Source of the DNA: Sedimentisphaeraceae bacterium JB056
GTDB taxonomy: Bacteria > Planctomycetota > Phycisphaerae > Sedimentisphaerales > Sedimentisphaeraceae
Direction: 5' to 3'
DNA length: 64,000 nt
Assembly (NCBI GenBank): GCA_044440125.1
Contig: JBITAJ010000029.1
Coordinates: 32,001-96,000 of the forward strand
The notes under the pieces were generated by a model, which was given only the letters and a program-made list of their open reading frames with translations, was not told where the DNA came from and ran no database searches. This document shows positions 47,270 to 58,000 of this stretch, in pieces (within the stretch, counting starts at the first letter, position 1; the number at the start of each line of letters is the position of its first letter). Both the position numbers and the translations under genes were made by a program.

Positions 47270-47387
47270 GGTAACTTGGTGTTGCCAGCTTGACTTTTGA
47301 TTTATAATAGGTATGCTTTCGGGCGTACCTATTTTTTTTGTATTTTAAGTTATTTGTAATCGTTCACAATTATTTCAAGATTCATTA

Positions 47388-47837
47388 ATGGATAAAGTTA
47401 TAATTTATACTGATGGGGGCTGTTCGCCGAATCCCGGACCTGGAGGTTGGGGTGCGGTGCTTATATCTCCATCGCTCAATCATGAGAAACAGCTCTATGG
47501 TTCAGAACCTGACAGCACCAATAACCGAATGGAGTTGACTGCCGCAATAAAGGCTCTCGAGGCATTGAAAAGGCCTTGTAAAGTTCAGTTTTTTACAGAT
47601 TCTCAGTATCTGCAGAAGGCATTTACACAGGGCTGGCTTGAGAGTTGGCAGAAGAAAAACTGGCGCACGGCGGCAAAGAAACCGGTGAAAAACAAAGACT
47701 TATGGCTGGAGCTTCTCGATTTGACATCAACCCACCAAATCGAATGGCAATGGGTCAAAGGTCACTCCAACAATAAATACAACGAGATGTGCGATCAGCT
47801 CGTTCACAAGGCACGCAGTGAGATGAAAAGCAAATAA
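47388..47837 (+). CDS. rnhA: ribonuclease HI
   Basis: YTDGGCSPNPGPGGWG, TNNRMEL, TDSQY, WVKGH, NEMCD. Confidence 0.97.
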   Translation: MDKVIIYTDGGCSPNPGPGGWGAVLISPSLNHEKQLYGSEPDSTNNRMELTAAIKALEALKRPCKVQFFTDSQYLQKAFTQGWLESWQKKNWRTAAKKPVKNKDLWLELLDLTSTHQIEWQWVKGHSNNKYNEMCDQLVHKARSEMKSK

Positions 47838-47880
47838 AAAGAGCCGCGATAATATATTAATTAATTTCGCGGCTCTTTTT
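47836..47880. terminator. bidirectional intrinsic terminator
   Basis: AAAAAGAGCCGCGA / TCGCGGCTCTTTTT between convergent genes. Confidence 0.9.
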
Positions 47881-47885
47881 AACCT

Positions 47886-49004
47886 TTATTTTAAGAACGT
47901 ATAGGCCTCATCAAACATTGCAAGAACGTTTTCCATCTTGCAGTAGTTTGTGATTGTGTTGCCGCTGCCCATTGCGAATCTTCCTGTATTGAAGCATTTT
48001 TCGAGAATCTCTTTCGCACGTGTTCTTGTCTGTTCTACTGATCCGCCTGCCAGTATATCTACATCGAGCCCGCCGAGTATGGCGATTCTGTCGCTGTATT
48101 TAGCATAGATATCTTCCACCGGCATGATTATATCTTCGTATGACTGCTTGCCGTCAATTTTAACTTCATCGATCAGATAGTCCATGATTTCAAATAAATT
48201 GCCGCAGCTGTGCATAAAGTATATCTTGTCTTCTGAATGGGCTATCTCGGCTGCTTCCTTGTGGCCGGGAAGAGAATATTCTTTGAGGAAATCGGGACTC
48301 ATCATTGTTGATGTTTTGTAGCCCATATCATCGCCCTGAAATATGCCTTCAACGCGATCCATCTTGATTATTTTGGCATAGGCACTGTTTATCGTCTCAC
48401 GTACCTTATCAAAAACCATTTTCAGGAGTTTGGGGTTTTCAAACGACATCATTGCCATTGCTTCGTAACCGATGAGGTATTCCATCGGTATTTCGAGGTA
48501 GCCCGATTCCGGGCAGGATAATATAGCCATCCCCTCAGGCAGGTTTTGTGCCACGAAATCGTACATCCAGAGGTCCTCGTCTGTAACCTTGGGCCAGTCG
48601 ATCTTTTCGAAATCTTCCACGGTCTTTATCACGCCGTTTGTCATATTCGCCCAGTTACGGTCCCCCTTGCTTAGGTCAGAGGTGTTGGCTGTATAGAGCA
48701 TTGAGCCTATTGAGCTGAGGCGGCATCCGCCTACAACATGGATATAGTCATATCCCATTCGATGCCAGTATTCTATGTCGCAGAGCAGATGTTTTTTTTG
48801 CGTTTCCATATCATCAGATATCGGAAACCATTGTTTCTCGAAGATGTTTTCCGTGACCCATTGCATGACTTCCTGATCGGCAAAGAGTTCGCATAAGTGC
48901 ATCTTCTGGGGCTTGGCTTTACCAAGTATGACCTGCTTGAAGGCATCAAAGTCGGGAGCAGGTGATTTAATCTGCTCTTTAATACTCTGAGGTATATCAA
49001 TCAT
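47886..49004 (-). CDS. uroporphyrinogen decarboxylase (UroD/MtaA-CmuA) family protein
   Basis: GDDMGYKT, FMHSCGN, ILGGLD, GRFAMGSGN. Confidence 0.88.
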   Translation of the reverse strand: MIDIPQSIKEQIKSPAPDFDAFKQVILGKAKPQKMHLCELFADQEVMQWVTENIFEKQWFPISDDMETQKKHLLCDIEYWHRMGYDYIHVVGGCRLSSIGSMLYTANTSDLSKGDRNWANMTNGVIKTVEDFEKIDWPKVTDEDLWMYDFVAQNLPEGMAILSCPESGYLEIPMEYLIGYEAMAMMSFENPKLLKMVFDKVRETINSAYAKIIKMDRVEGIFQGDDMGYKTSTMMSPDFLKEYSLPGHKEAAEIAHSEDKIYFMHSCGNLFEIMDYLIDEVKIDGKQSYEDIIMPVEDIYAKYSDRIAILGGLDVDILAGGSVEQTRTRAKEILEKCFNTGRFAMGSGNTITNYCKMENVLAMFDEAYTFLK

Positions 49005-49265
49005 TATATCTCCATTTTACATAGGCGATACCTGTAAAGTCTATTTGGCATATGTGAATCTGAATTTTAATCAGATGTCAAGGCAAGATTGCCGTCTAAA
49101 CTTTTCAGCATGTATCTACGTTAAGATTCTTTGTTATAAACTGGAGTTATAATAACAGTTTTGGGTTGCTATTTCCTATATTTATAAATTAAGTTTATGT
49201 ACTTTTTTTAGTTTTTTGCAAAAAAGAGCCATCTTTAGAGTTAAATAAAGATAGCTTGAGGGGTA

Positions 49266-49305
49266 AAATTAAGCAGGGACGAGTTTTGGATCTCGTCCCT
49301 GCTTA
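49266..49305 (-). terminator. terminator of the TonB operon
   Basis: 14-bp stem TAAGCAGGGACGAG/CTCGTCCCTGCTTA. Confidence 0.75.
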
Positions 49306-49341
49306 GGAGTGTGGTATTAAATCACTAACTCATTTCGGGCA

Positions 49342-50766
49342 TTATTTTGCCCTTGTGACTCTCTCAATCTGCTCAATATATTGTTGTATATTGTCTCTCG
49401 GCTTAATCTGCTGTGCTCTTTTGAGAAGCGGAAGGGCATCTTCATACTTACCTGTTTTAACGAGAAGTTGTGCGTGACGTACTTTAGCATCAGCTTCAAA
49501 CCCATCAATATTTTCCGCACGCTCAAAGTAGAATACGGCTTTTTCCATTTCGCCGTTTCTGCTGCAGTGCTGGCCAAGAAGTATCAGAGCTTCGCCGTCA
49601 AGTGGGTCAAGTGCTACGATTTCCTCAAGAACTTCAGCCTCTTTACCATCATTGCCCTGAGCAACTGCGAGACGGGCCTGGATTTTCAGGAGATCTTTCT
49701 GTGTCTGCTGGTCGAGCTTGTCGCTGTAAACATCTTCAACTTTATTTATAAGAGCGGCAGTCTGCTCAAATGCTCCGCGTACGGATAGAATCTTAGCCGA
49801 CTGAATTGCGCGGTCTGGTTTCCGCTGCGGGTCTTTGTCGATTGCGGCGGCATACGACTTGACGGCAAGGTCGTAAAGTTCCTGATTTATATAGATGTCG
49901 CCAAGAAGGTTGAGGCTTTCAGGTGTTGACTTGCCAAGTGCGTCAACAAGCTCATATATCTCGGCAGCTTTGATCGGCTGATTGAGGCCGATGTAGGCAT
50001 TCGCCTGAAGCAGCCAGAGATCGCTGCTGTTTGGGTTGGAATCTATAAGCTGATCGCAAAGGGCAATCGCTTCTTCGTATCTTTGCTGCTTGAAGAAACT
50101 TCTGGCGAGTCCCATTTTCCAGTCGAGGGTTATAGGGTCCAGAAGTATTGCCATGCGGTAGGCCGATTCTGCACACATCGGATTGCCTATTGACGCATAA
50201 GAAAATCCGAGCAAGCCGTATGTGATAGAGTCGTTCGCTCCAAGTTCTATTGAGCGAGTGATTGTTTTTACCGCTTTTTCAAATTCTCCCTGACGTACGT
50301 ATATAAGCCCAAGGTTTTTCCATGCACGAAGGAATTTAGGGTATTTGTCTACTGCTGTCATGTATGTCTTGGCAGCTTTGTAGAGTTTTTCCTGTTGGAA
50401 ATAGATGTTGGCGAGTGTGAAATCAAATACCGCACTGCCTCCTTTTTCCTGTATCTTCTCAAGTTTGGTTATGGTTTCTTCCATCTTGTCTTCAGAGATC
50501 ATCTCAAGGATTTCCTGCATGTCTTTACGCTCATCAACAGTTACTCTCGGTTCGATATCTGTTTCGGCAATATAGCTTTCAGTGAAACGCTGCTGAAATT
50601 CTGAAGTATTCCATATTTCCAGGTTGGCATCATCAAGATGGAACTTAAGGTCTATACCGGCATTAACCGGTGAAGAAACTGCGGCTATGACAGATATTGC
50701 TATTGCTGAGTGAATCAGCCTTGATTTTATCGAAGCTGAAAATTTTGTAATCATTCTTTTTTTCAT
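49342..50766 (-). CDS. secreted tetratricopeptide-repeat protein (TtpD-like position)
   Basis: Signal peptide and multiple TPR units (e.g. AWKNLGLIYVRQGEFEKA). Confidence 0.88.
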   Translation of the reverse strand: MKKRMITKFSASIKSRLIHSAIAISVIAAVSSPVNAGIDLKFHLDDANLEIWNTSEFQQRFTESYIAETDIEPRVTVDERKDMQEILEMISEDKMEETITKLEKIQEKGGSAVFDFTLANIYFQQEKLYKAAKTYMTAVDKYPKFLRAWKNLGLIYVRQGEFEKAVKTITRSIELGANDSITYGLLGFSYASIGNPMCAESAYRMAILLDPITLDWKMGLARSFFKQQRYEEAIALCDQLIDSNPNSSDLWLLQANAYIGLNQPIKAAEIYELVDALGKSTPESLNLLGDIYINQELYDLAVKSYAAAIDKDPQRKPDRAIQSAKILSVRGAFEQTAALINKVEDVYSDKLDQQTQKDLLKIQARLAVAQGNDGKEAEVLEEIVALDPLDGEALILLGQHCSRNGEMEKAVFYFERAENIDGFEADAKVRHAQLLVKTGKYEDALPLLKRAQQIKPRDNIQQYIEQIERVTRAK

Positions 50767-50774
50767 TTTGTTAT

Positions 50775-51452
50775 TTATCCTTTGGGGAATGTAATTGGAA
50801 CACGCATACGGAATCGTACGGGCTGGCCGTTACGTTTTCCCGGTTCGAATTTCCACTGTTTTATCGCATTAAGAGCCGGTGTTACAAAAACCGGATCGGT
50901 TGATTTCTGTACTATCGGATTTACAACCTTTCCTTGCTTATCAACGACGAAGATGATATATACTTGTCCCGGAGCTTTTTTTCTCATTTGCTTGGTTATT
51001 CTTGGGCCCGGCTGATATATTGCTCTTGGCTGCTGGTCAAGATCTGCTATCGAGAATAAAGCATCAACATCAGTGCTTTCAGAAGCAACCGTTTTGAGAT
51101 TGACGGTGAAATCTCCACCACCCCACCCTTCACTGAATCCGGGGTTGAGAGCAAGTTCGAGCTGGTCGAGTCCCAGGGGCGGGGCTTCTTCTGACAGCTC
51201 CGGTGGGGCTTCTTCAGGTTCCGGTTCTTCTTCGGGTTCTTCCTGAGGCGGAGGCGGCGGTGGGGGTACATTTGCCGTATCCACACTTTGTAATACCATA
51301 TCAGTTGTAATCGGCTTGTTTATAGTCTGCATCACAGGAAGCAGAATAAAGAATGCAAGCGTTAGTAATATTGCTCCCAGAAGAACAAGCAGAAAGTGGA
51401 AAAGCCGTCTTATAGGTGAAACTGTTCTACTCTTTGTCATGTTTGTTCTCAA
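50775..51452 (-). CDS. tonB: energy transducer TonB
   Basis: N-terminal TM, Pro/Glu-rich linker, C-terminal WKFEPG domain. Confidence 0.92.
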   Translation of the reverse strand: MRTNMTKSRTVSPIRRLFHFLLVLLGAILLTLAFFILLPVMQTINKPITTDMVLQSVDTANVPPPPPPPQEEPEEEPEPEEAPPELSEEAPPLGLDQLELALNPGFSEGWGGGDFTVNLKTVASESTDVDALFSIADLDQQPRAIYQPGPRITKQMRKKAPGQVYIIFVVDKQGKVVNPIVQKSTDPVFVTPALNAIKQWKFEPGKRNGQPVRFRMRVPITFPKG

Positions 51453-51862
51453 CTCTTATTCTGTCTTGTGGCGATACTGACTTTGACTGCCCCGGCAAGC
51501 TTTGCTTCGTCAATAGCCCTTACAAGGAGGCCTGATTTGACAGCCTGATCTGCCTGTATTATCACCGGAATATCTTCTTTCTGGAGCATACGCTTGACCA
51601 GCGGCTGTATTCCGCTTAAGCCTATTTCACGACCGCCGTAAACGACTTCACCTTTTTCGGTAAGAGCTATAAGTACACTTGTTTTTTCAAGTCGTACAGA
51701 AGATGCTGCCTGCGGTTTGTCAACTTCAACTCCTGTTTCTTCAACGAATGTTGTTGTTACGATAAAGAATATAAGGAGTATGAATACACAGTCCATCAGC
51801 GGGGAGATATCAATCCCTGTTTCGCTGTTGTCATTAGATTGTCTTTGACGAAAACGTCCCAT
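51449..51862 (-). CDS. exbD: biopolymer transport protein ExbD
   Basis: IDISPLMDCVFILLIFFIVTT; IQAD. Confidence 0.93.
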   Translation of the reverse strand: MGRFRQRQSNDNSETGIDISPLMDCVFILLIFFIVTTTFVEETGVEVDKPQAASSVRLEKTSVLIALTEKGEVVYGGREIGLSGIQPLVKRMLQKEDIPVIIQADQAVKSGLLVRAIDEAKLAGAVKVSIATRQNKS

Positions 51863-51913
51863 TATTTCCTCTCATAAAAACTTTTATGATTTTGTTAAAA
51901 CGTCCTGTTATTA

Positions 51914-52561
51914 TCAGGCAGATTGTTTCTTTGCTTTTTTGTTGAATTTTTTGTATTGTTTTTGTGTACATACGGTTTCAAGGTGGGCAAGGAACGCTTT
52001 GTAGCGTTCGTTGTTTCTTGCCAGCATGTATTGGAAAAATAATCCGGGCAATGCGATCATAAGCCCAGTTTCTGTTGTCACAAGAGCTTCTGATATACCT
52101 TCGGCAACAAGTCCCATAGTCTTTTCACCGCCTGATCCTGAAGCAAGAGCACCAAAGGTAGAGAGCATACCTGTTACAGTACCAAGCAACCCGAGAAGCG
52201 GGGCAGCGCCTACGCATATCTTCATCACTTTGAGGTCTCTGTCGAAAGGTGCTATCTCTGTGGTTTGCAGTTCTTCAAAAAAATCTTTGGTGTCTTTGAG
52301 AGACTTGCTTCCAGATACAAAGTCAAGCAACTCGCCGATAGGGCCTTTTCTCTCTTTAGGATGGTTTATCCAATGACGCCATTTCTTTTCAGGTACGGCA
52401 AGGAATCCTTTTTCCATGAATTTCAGGTGTACATGGATTCCAAGAGAGAACATCACCATTGCTATTGTTGCAATCGCTATCATAGCCCAGCCGCCTGAAA
52501 GCCATATGTCTACGGCCTGCGACCACAGTGAATTAAGATATTCAACTACAGAAGTTACCAT
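51914..52561 (-). CDS. exbB: MotA/TolQ/ExbB proton channel protein
   Basis: APLLGLLGTVTGM; GISEALVTTETGL. Confidence 0.9.
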   Translation of the reverse strand: MVTSVVEYLNSLWSQAVDIWLSGGWAMIAIATIAMVMFSLGIHVHLKFMEKGFLAVPEKKWRHWINHPKERKGPIGELLDFVSGSKSLKDTKDFFEELQTTEIAPFDRDLKVMKICVGAAPLLGLLGTVTGMLSTFGALASGSGGEKTMGLVAEGISEALVTTETGLMIALPGLFFQYMLARNNERYKAFLAHLETVCTQKQYKKFNKKAKKQSA

Positions 52562-52566
52562 TGTTT

Positions 52567-54021
52567 TTAATCGCTTTCTGATTCAGCATCAGTCTTGCTG
52601 AAAGGTTTCTTGCTTATCTGGTTTACTACGGCTATCGCTGATTTTTCCATCTCATCTGTAATGCTCTGAGCTTTTCTTGAGAGGAATGCGTGGAGCAGAA
52701 GCGATGGTATGGCGACGATAAGACCGAACTCTGTTGTGATAAGAGCTTCTGATATACCGCCTGAAAGAGTCTTGACATCACCGGAACCAAATACTGTAAT
52801 AAGCTTAAAGGTATTGATGATACCTGTTACCGTACCGAGCAGTCCGAGAAGCGGTGCTGATGCAGCACTGATTGCTACAAACGGAAGCATCTTCTGGAGG
52901 TTGAGTTTTGTAGCGAGCAGTTTCTCATACATAATCTCTTCAATAAGCTCTGTAGGCTCTTTGATATGTTCTATAGCTGCTCCGAGCATTTTGCCGAATG
53001 GACCACTGATTGATTTGGCTGTTTTCTTTGCAGCTTTTTGATCGTGGTCTGCAAGATTATTAAGAAGTGCGGCAATCTGCTTGTTGCTTGGTTTACGTAT
53101 GAATCCAAGTGAAATCCATTTGATTATTGCGACAAGCAATGCGGCTGCTGCCATGCCAAGTATCGGATACATTACAGGTCCGCCTTTCTGGATATGTTCC
53201 AGAAGAGTTTGCTTTGTTGCTTCTATTACATGAGCATTTCCAAGTGTTGGATCGAAAGGAAGGTTTCCTTTGCCGTTTTGGATTACTTCTTTTGCCGCTT
53301 GTGTATCCATTGGCTCGGAGTATGCTACGATTGCCGGTTCGAGTGAACCAATTTTCTGCTCAATAGTTCCAACTTGCTTCTCATCCTCCGATTTGAATAT
53401 CGCAGCAGGTCCAAGAAGTACAAACGTGCCGTCTTTGACAATTCCGCTTGAATCAACAGCTTTGCCTTCAAAACGATGACCGCTTAGGAGGTTATCGAGC
53501 CTGTCGAGAGATGTTGAGATAAGAGCGGCTTGTGCTTCGTAAATTTGCTGCTCAGAGAGATTACTGTTTTCAGGCGCAAGCTTAGCTTCTTCGATAGAAT
53601 CGCTGTAAAGCTGAATCTCTGCAATGTGAAGTCTTGATTCGAAGTTTCTACCATATTCACTGAGAAGGTTCGAGAGGTATGTTGATTCTTCTTTACGCGA
53701 TTTGATCTCGTTACGCAGGTTGTTGAGGTCAAGAGTACGGCTGTCAAGAAGTCGTACATTCTGCTGGTATTCATTTCTTACCTGAATAAGCTTTGTTTCA
53801 AGGTTGGTAAGTTTTTTGTTCAGTGGAACTTTCTGATCGATAGCCTTCTGACGAAGTTCGCTGAGTTCCTTCAAGCTTGCATCCAGTTTGTTCTGAACAG
53901 AGTTTGCAGCCTGAATAAATGTTACATCCTGATTTTGTGTTTCGTCCTGCGCCGCCATAGTTAGTGAAGAGGCAAGGACTATTGCAATTATTAATATGTT
54001 TTTTATCTTTGTCATGACCAC
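52567..54021 (-). CDS. long ExbB-like protein with periplasmic coiled coil (TtpC-like)
   Basis: Signal peptide, coiled coil, DPT motif, APLLGLLGTVTGI, GISEALITTEFGL. Confidence 0.88.
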   Translation of the reverse strand: MVMTKIKNILIIAIVLASSLTMAAQDETQNQDVTFIQAANSVQNKLDASLKELSELRQKAIDQKVPLNKKLTNLETKLIQVRNEYQQNVRLLDSRTLDLNNLRNEIKSRKEESTYLSNLLSEYGRNFESRLHIAEIQLYSDSIEEAKLAPENSNLSEQQIYEAQAALISTSLDRLDNLLSGHRFEGKAVDSSGIVKDGTFVLLGPAAIFKSEDEKQVGTIEQKIGSLEPAIVAYSEPMDTQAAKEVIQNGKGNLPFDPTLGNAHVIEATKQTLLEHIQKGGPVMYPILGMAAAALLVAIIKWISLGFIRKPSNKQIAALLNNLADHDQKAAKKTAKSISGPFGKMLGAAIEHIKEPTELIEEIMYEKLLATKLNLQKMLPFVAISAASAPLLGLLGTVTGIINTFKLITVFGSGDVKTLSGGISEALITTEFGLIVAIPSLLLHAFLSRKAQSITDEMEKSAIAVVNQISKKPFSKTDAESESD

Positions 54022-54027
54022 ATCCGA

Positions 54028-54843
54028 TTATTTTACTTCAACAGGTAATTTAACAAATGACGCGACTTTTTCATTTTTCAATATAGCGATTGCATCTGAA
54101 ATTTGAGCTGCGGCGGCATTATCAGCTTTCCATATCCAGCCGTCTGGGCCTGAGAAACCTATGCCCGCAACATTCTCGCCGGTACTAACATAGAAACCCT
54201 GGCTTATTCCGATATATAGAGATGCTACTTCAACGCTGCTGCCGTCTTCAAGCTCGCGGAGTTCACTTGTGACGGTTATCTCTCTATTGAATTTGTCGAT
54301 TTCATTCAATATGCCGACAACGTTCTGGAATCTTTCTGAAACAGACAGCTCTGTTTTGGTTATGTCTTCAGGCAGTCTCTGGCTTAAAGGCTTGACTCTT
54401 TCCCTTATTGGATTTGGAAGTTTCTTCAGGATGTCTTTTGTTCTGTTTTCCATAGCAGTGATTACATCGACAAGAGAAGAAGATGCTTCTTTGAGCTTGT
54501 TATTCTCTTCAATCATTTCATTTCTTTTCTTGTCTGCCTCAGCAATGCTATTCTTCGCATCATCTATCTTGCTTTGCAGTGATTCGATTTCTCTGCTTAC
54601 AAGTTCTATTCTGTCGTTCAGCGTTTGTGTTGAGGTTTGGAGGTCTGCCTTTTCCTTTGAGATTATTTGCTGTGTTTCAACCCATTTCTCAAGAACCGAG
54701 CGAGTGTTCTTTATGTTTCCGAAAGCATCGTCAGCTGATACTGCCGTACAGAATACTGCAAAGATCACACAAACCCCGAGAGCTTTTCTGCATTGGCGGT
54801 TTATGTATGAAAGCTTACGGTAAATTTCCGCTTTGATTTCCAT
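54028..54843 (-). CDS. DUF3450-family coiled-coil protein (TtpB-like)
   Basis: Signal peptide, coiled coil, SERF motif, C-terminal LPV; position upstream of the long ExbB. Confidence 0.8.
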   Translation of the reverse strand: MEIKAEIYRKLSYINRQCRKALGVCVIFAVFCTAVSADDAFGNIKNTRSVLEKWVETQQIISKEKADLQTSTQTLNDRIELVSREIESLQSKIDDAKNSIAEADKKRNEMIEENNKLKEASSSLVDVITAMENRTKDILKKLPNPIRERVKPLSQRLPEDITKTELSVSERFQNVVGILNEIDKFNREITVTSELRELEDGSSVEVASLYIGISQGFYVSTGENVAGIGFSGPDGWIWKADNAAAAQISDAIAILKNEKVASFVKLPVEVK

Positions 54844-55036
54844 GTTTAAGTAACCCTTTAAATCTGATAAAATTATCTTTTAATCTTTCGATTATCTGTA
54901 TTTGATTTCTAAAAAAACTAACACCTTAAAAATACCTCTCGAGTGTTAGCTTGTTATTAGTCTTAAATTTTAGTAATGTTAAATTCTAATTTAGCACTGG
55001 TGTAACATTAACGTTGTTCTCACATTGTGTATCGGC

Positions 55037-58000
55037 TTAGAATGTTGCACTGAAGCTTATAGAAAATTCCATCCCCTTTGTGTATGATTCTTTAAGAGTG
55101 TCTTGGCCGTCTCCATATATTGTGTCGATTTCAGGGTTAAGAAGATTCTTCGCCTGAAACTTCATGTTCCATATGTCGCCAAGTTTCTGAGATAAGCTGA
55201 AGTTGAGTGTGCCGTATTCTTTTTCATAAACATCAGCGAGTGGGTTACCGCCTTTTTGACCGGCTCCCTGAACGAGCGTGTCACCTCTGAAAGTATAGAA
55301 TAAACCGAGCGAAGTGTCTGTCTCTTCGATGTCCCATGTTACAAAGACGTTGTACAGCATTTCAGGAGTATTGGTCATCTCACGTGTCTCTTTGGCTTTG
55401 CCATTTGCCGCAAGTACATCATAAATACCATCGTGCGGAATCGTAACCTCTGAATCAATGAAGGTAGCATTTGTTCCAAATCCTACGCCATTGAGATGGT
55501 CGGAAAAAATACCAAGCTGCTGTCTGTATTCCAATTCAAAGCCGGTCAGCTCACCTTCGTCATAGTTGACAGGAGTAGTGACAACTTCACCAGTACTTGC
55601 ATTAATCATCTGTACATACTCGATAGTGTTTTTTATGTCTTTGCGGAAATATGATACAGAAATCAAGCCGTCATCAAAAGGTGTCCAGTCAAACCTCAGG
55701 TCGTAGTTTTTCAACGCACTCATCTCCAAATCAGGATTACCTGCAAAAATTGGACCGCCTGAATATTCTCTTTGTAAAATCGGAGAAAGTTCTTTGAATG
55801 TCTGTCTTGCGGTTGTTTCTGTATAAGAACCTTTAAAGATGATATCGTCAAAAGGCTTATATTCAAAACTTATAGAAGGCAGGATGTCGTCCTGTGAAAA
55901 ATCGGCATCTGCTTCCGGCGTGTATTCCAGCATGTTTACAGTACCTGAATACATATTGTTTTGATTCTTCAGCATATAGGCAACTGTTGAGTCCTCTGAA
56001 TGAGGCTTGTTTACAGTGCTTATATCGGTTGATTCATATCTGAAACCGCCAATCAAACTTAACTCTGAGGTGATCGGCAGGTCAAGCATATAGTACCATG
56101 CAAATATTTCCTGTTCGCCGTCATAATCGACATCTGGGTCGACCCTTGGTTGGCCTGGTATTTCGCCTGGGTTATTTTCTATTACATCATCAATATCAGG
56201 GTTGGTTAAATCACTGCCGCTTCCCCATGTCAAAGAATTATTACTGTTCGACAGTGTTTCCTGTCGATATTTTCTTTCTACTGAATCGTTGAATACACCA
56301 AGTTTCAAATACCCCTCATCGCCTGACCACTGCGTAAATGGTTGATTGAAGTTGAATGAGTACTGATCACTTTGTTCCTCAATCTCTTTCCATATTCTCT
56401 GGAAGTTACCTAAGGTTGCCTGTAGGTCAGGCTTTGCCCATGTAGAGTCAATTGGCTCATCGCTTGTTATTGGACTTACAGGGTAAGTGGATTCATCTCC
56501 ATAGACGATGTCAGGATAAGCTCCTTGATTCCACCAGTAATCCACCGGCAGGGCTGGCTGACCGCCTTCTATATCTCTTCCTGCAGCATACCACTCAGCG
56601 TCGAACATGGTTTTATATTCGTTTGTTCTTGATGTGTTTTTTGAGAGTGTCCAGTCAAACGTAGGGGCATTTAAGGTAATCGAGTCTCCGATTTCTGTGT
56701 CTTCGGTGAAGAACTCCTGCAGTTTATGCTCACCATTGAGCTGGATTGTTTCGGTCATACGTTCTGTGTATTTGAAAGTCTGGTTGTAACGATATGGTGC
56801 AAAATCTCTCTCATCCGGTGAGTTGCCCGGATGGTATGGGTCGTTAATATCATAATCGGGATGGCGGTATAATTTGCCTCTGGTATCAGTTCCAACTATT
56901 ACTGTGTCTTCTGCCATTTCGGTACGAAGATATGTCAGACTCAGAGAATTATTCTCGTTTTCGATACCGAATATACCCATTGCTCCCCACTGTACGCTTT
57001 CAGAGGCTTTAGTTACGTCAAACAGACTTGTCGTGAATTCATTGTCAGTATTTTCAAGGTCTGTCTCTCCACCTGTATACGGCAATATCTGATCGTCTAC
57101 AATCCAGTATTTATCATTTATGCCATCGTCATAATAAGAGCTGTCGTTTTTGTGATAAAAGCTTCCAAATGCACCAACGGTAAAATCGTCGTACTCTTTT
57201 CTGCCGCCGCCTGAAACAGAAAAATCATAATCAAATGGTTGGTCACCTTCTATTACATTGGTAAAGGGATCACTGTAGCTTCCTCCTGACAGGGAGGTGC
57301 TTCTGACGCTTTCGGCGTCACCATTATCTGAACGTCCCCAGAAGTCTACACCGCCGCCATCATAGGTGATCCAGTCGCTGTCTTTGAGATTCGTGTTTAC
57401 TCCTGTACCAAAGTTAATCTTGAGTGTTGTATCGACAGGTATTTTTTTTAGTACAACATTAACTGCACCGCCGGAAGCATCACCCTGCTGATCTGGTGTG
57501 AAAGTTTTGGTTACTTGCAGGCTTTCGATGATTGCAGAAGGGAACTGGTCAAGCTGTACCGCTCGCTTATCACTATCAGAGGTCGGCAGTCTTACGCCGT
57601 TCATCTGTGAATTAACATATCTGTCGGGAAGTCCGCGCACAACAGCATATTTACCGTCTTGAACAGTTGTTCCTGCTACAAGTTTAAGGGCGCTTGCCGC
57701 ATCGCTTGCTCCTGCCTGACTCATCAGGTCTGAGCTTATTGAGTCCATCAGTGCAGGTGCTTCCATTCGAAGTTCCAGTAGGGCGGCTTCACTGCCGCTG
57801 CCGAACTGAATATCCTGAACGATGAATTCTTCCATTTCGGTAAATTCTCCCGAAAGATAAATGCTCATATCTTTCATCGCTCCGCCGGAAATCACAACGT
57901 CAGTTTTAATTTGACGTGTATAGCCATCCTTTGAAACTATTATGGTGTAGGTGCCGGGCTTAACTTCATCAAAAATGAAGTTGCCTTCATCTGTAGTTTC

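Noticed and set aside
46675..47270. CRISPR array or integron attC reading of the CATGAAG repeats
   Set aside because: No repeat-spacer periodicity, no cas or integrase gene, and no RYYYAAC/GTTRRRY pair
54910..55015. Short inverted repeats (CTAACAC/GTGTTAG, TAATGTTA/TAACATTA) between the receptor and DUF3450 genes
   Set aside because: Arms of 7-8 bp with long spacers in AT-rich DNA cannot be told from chance
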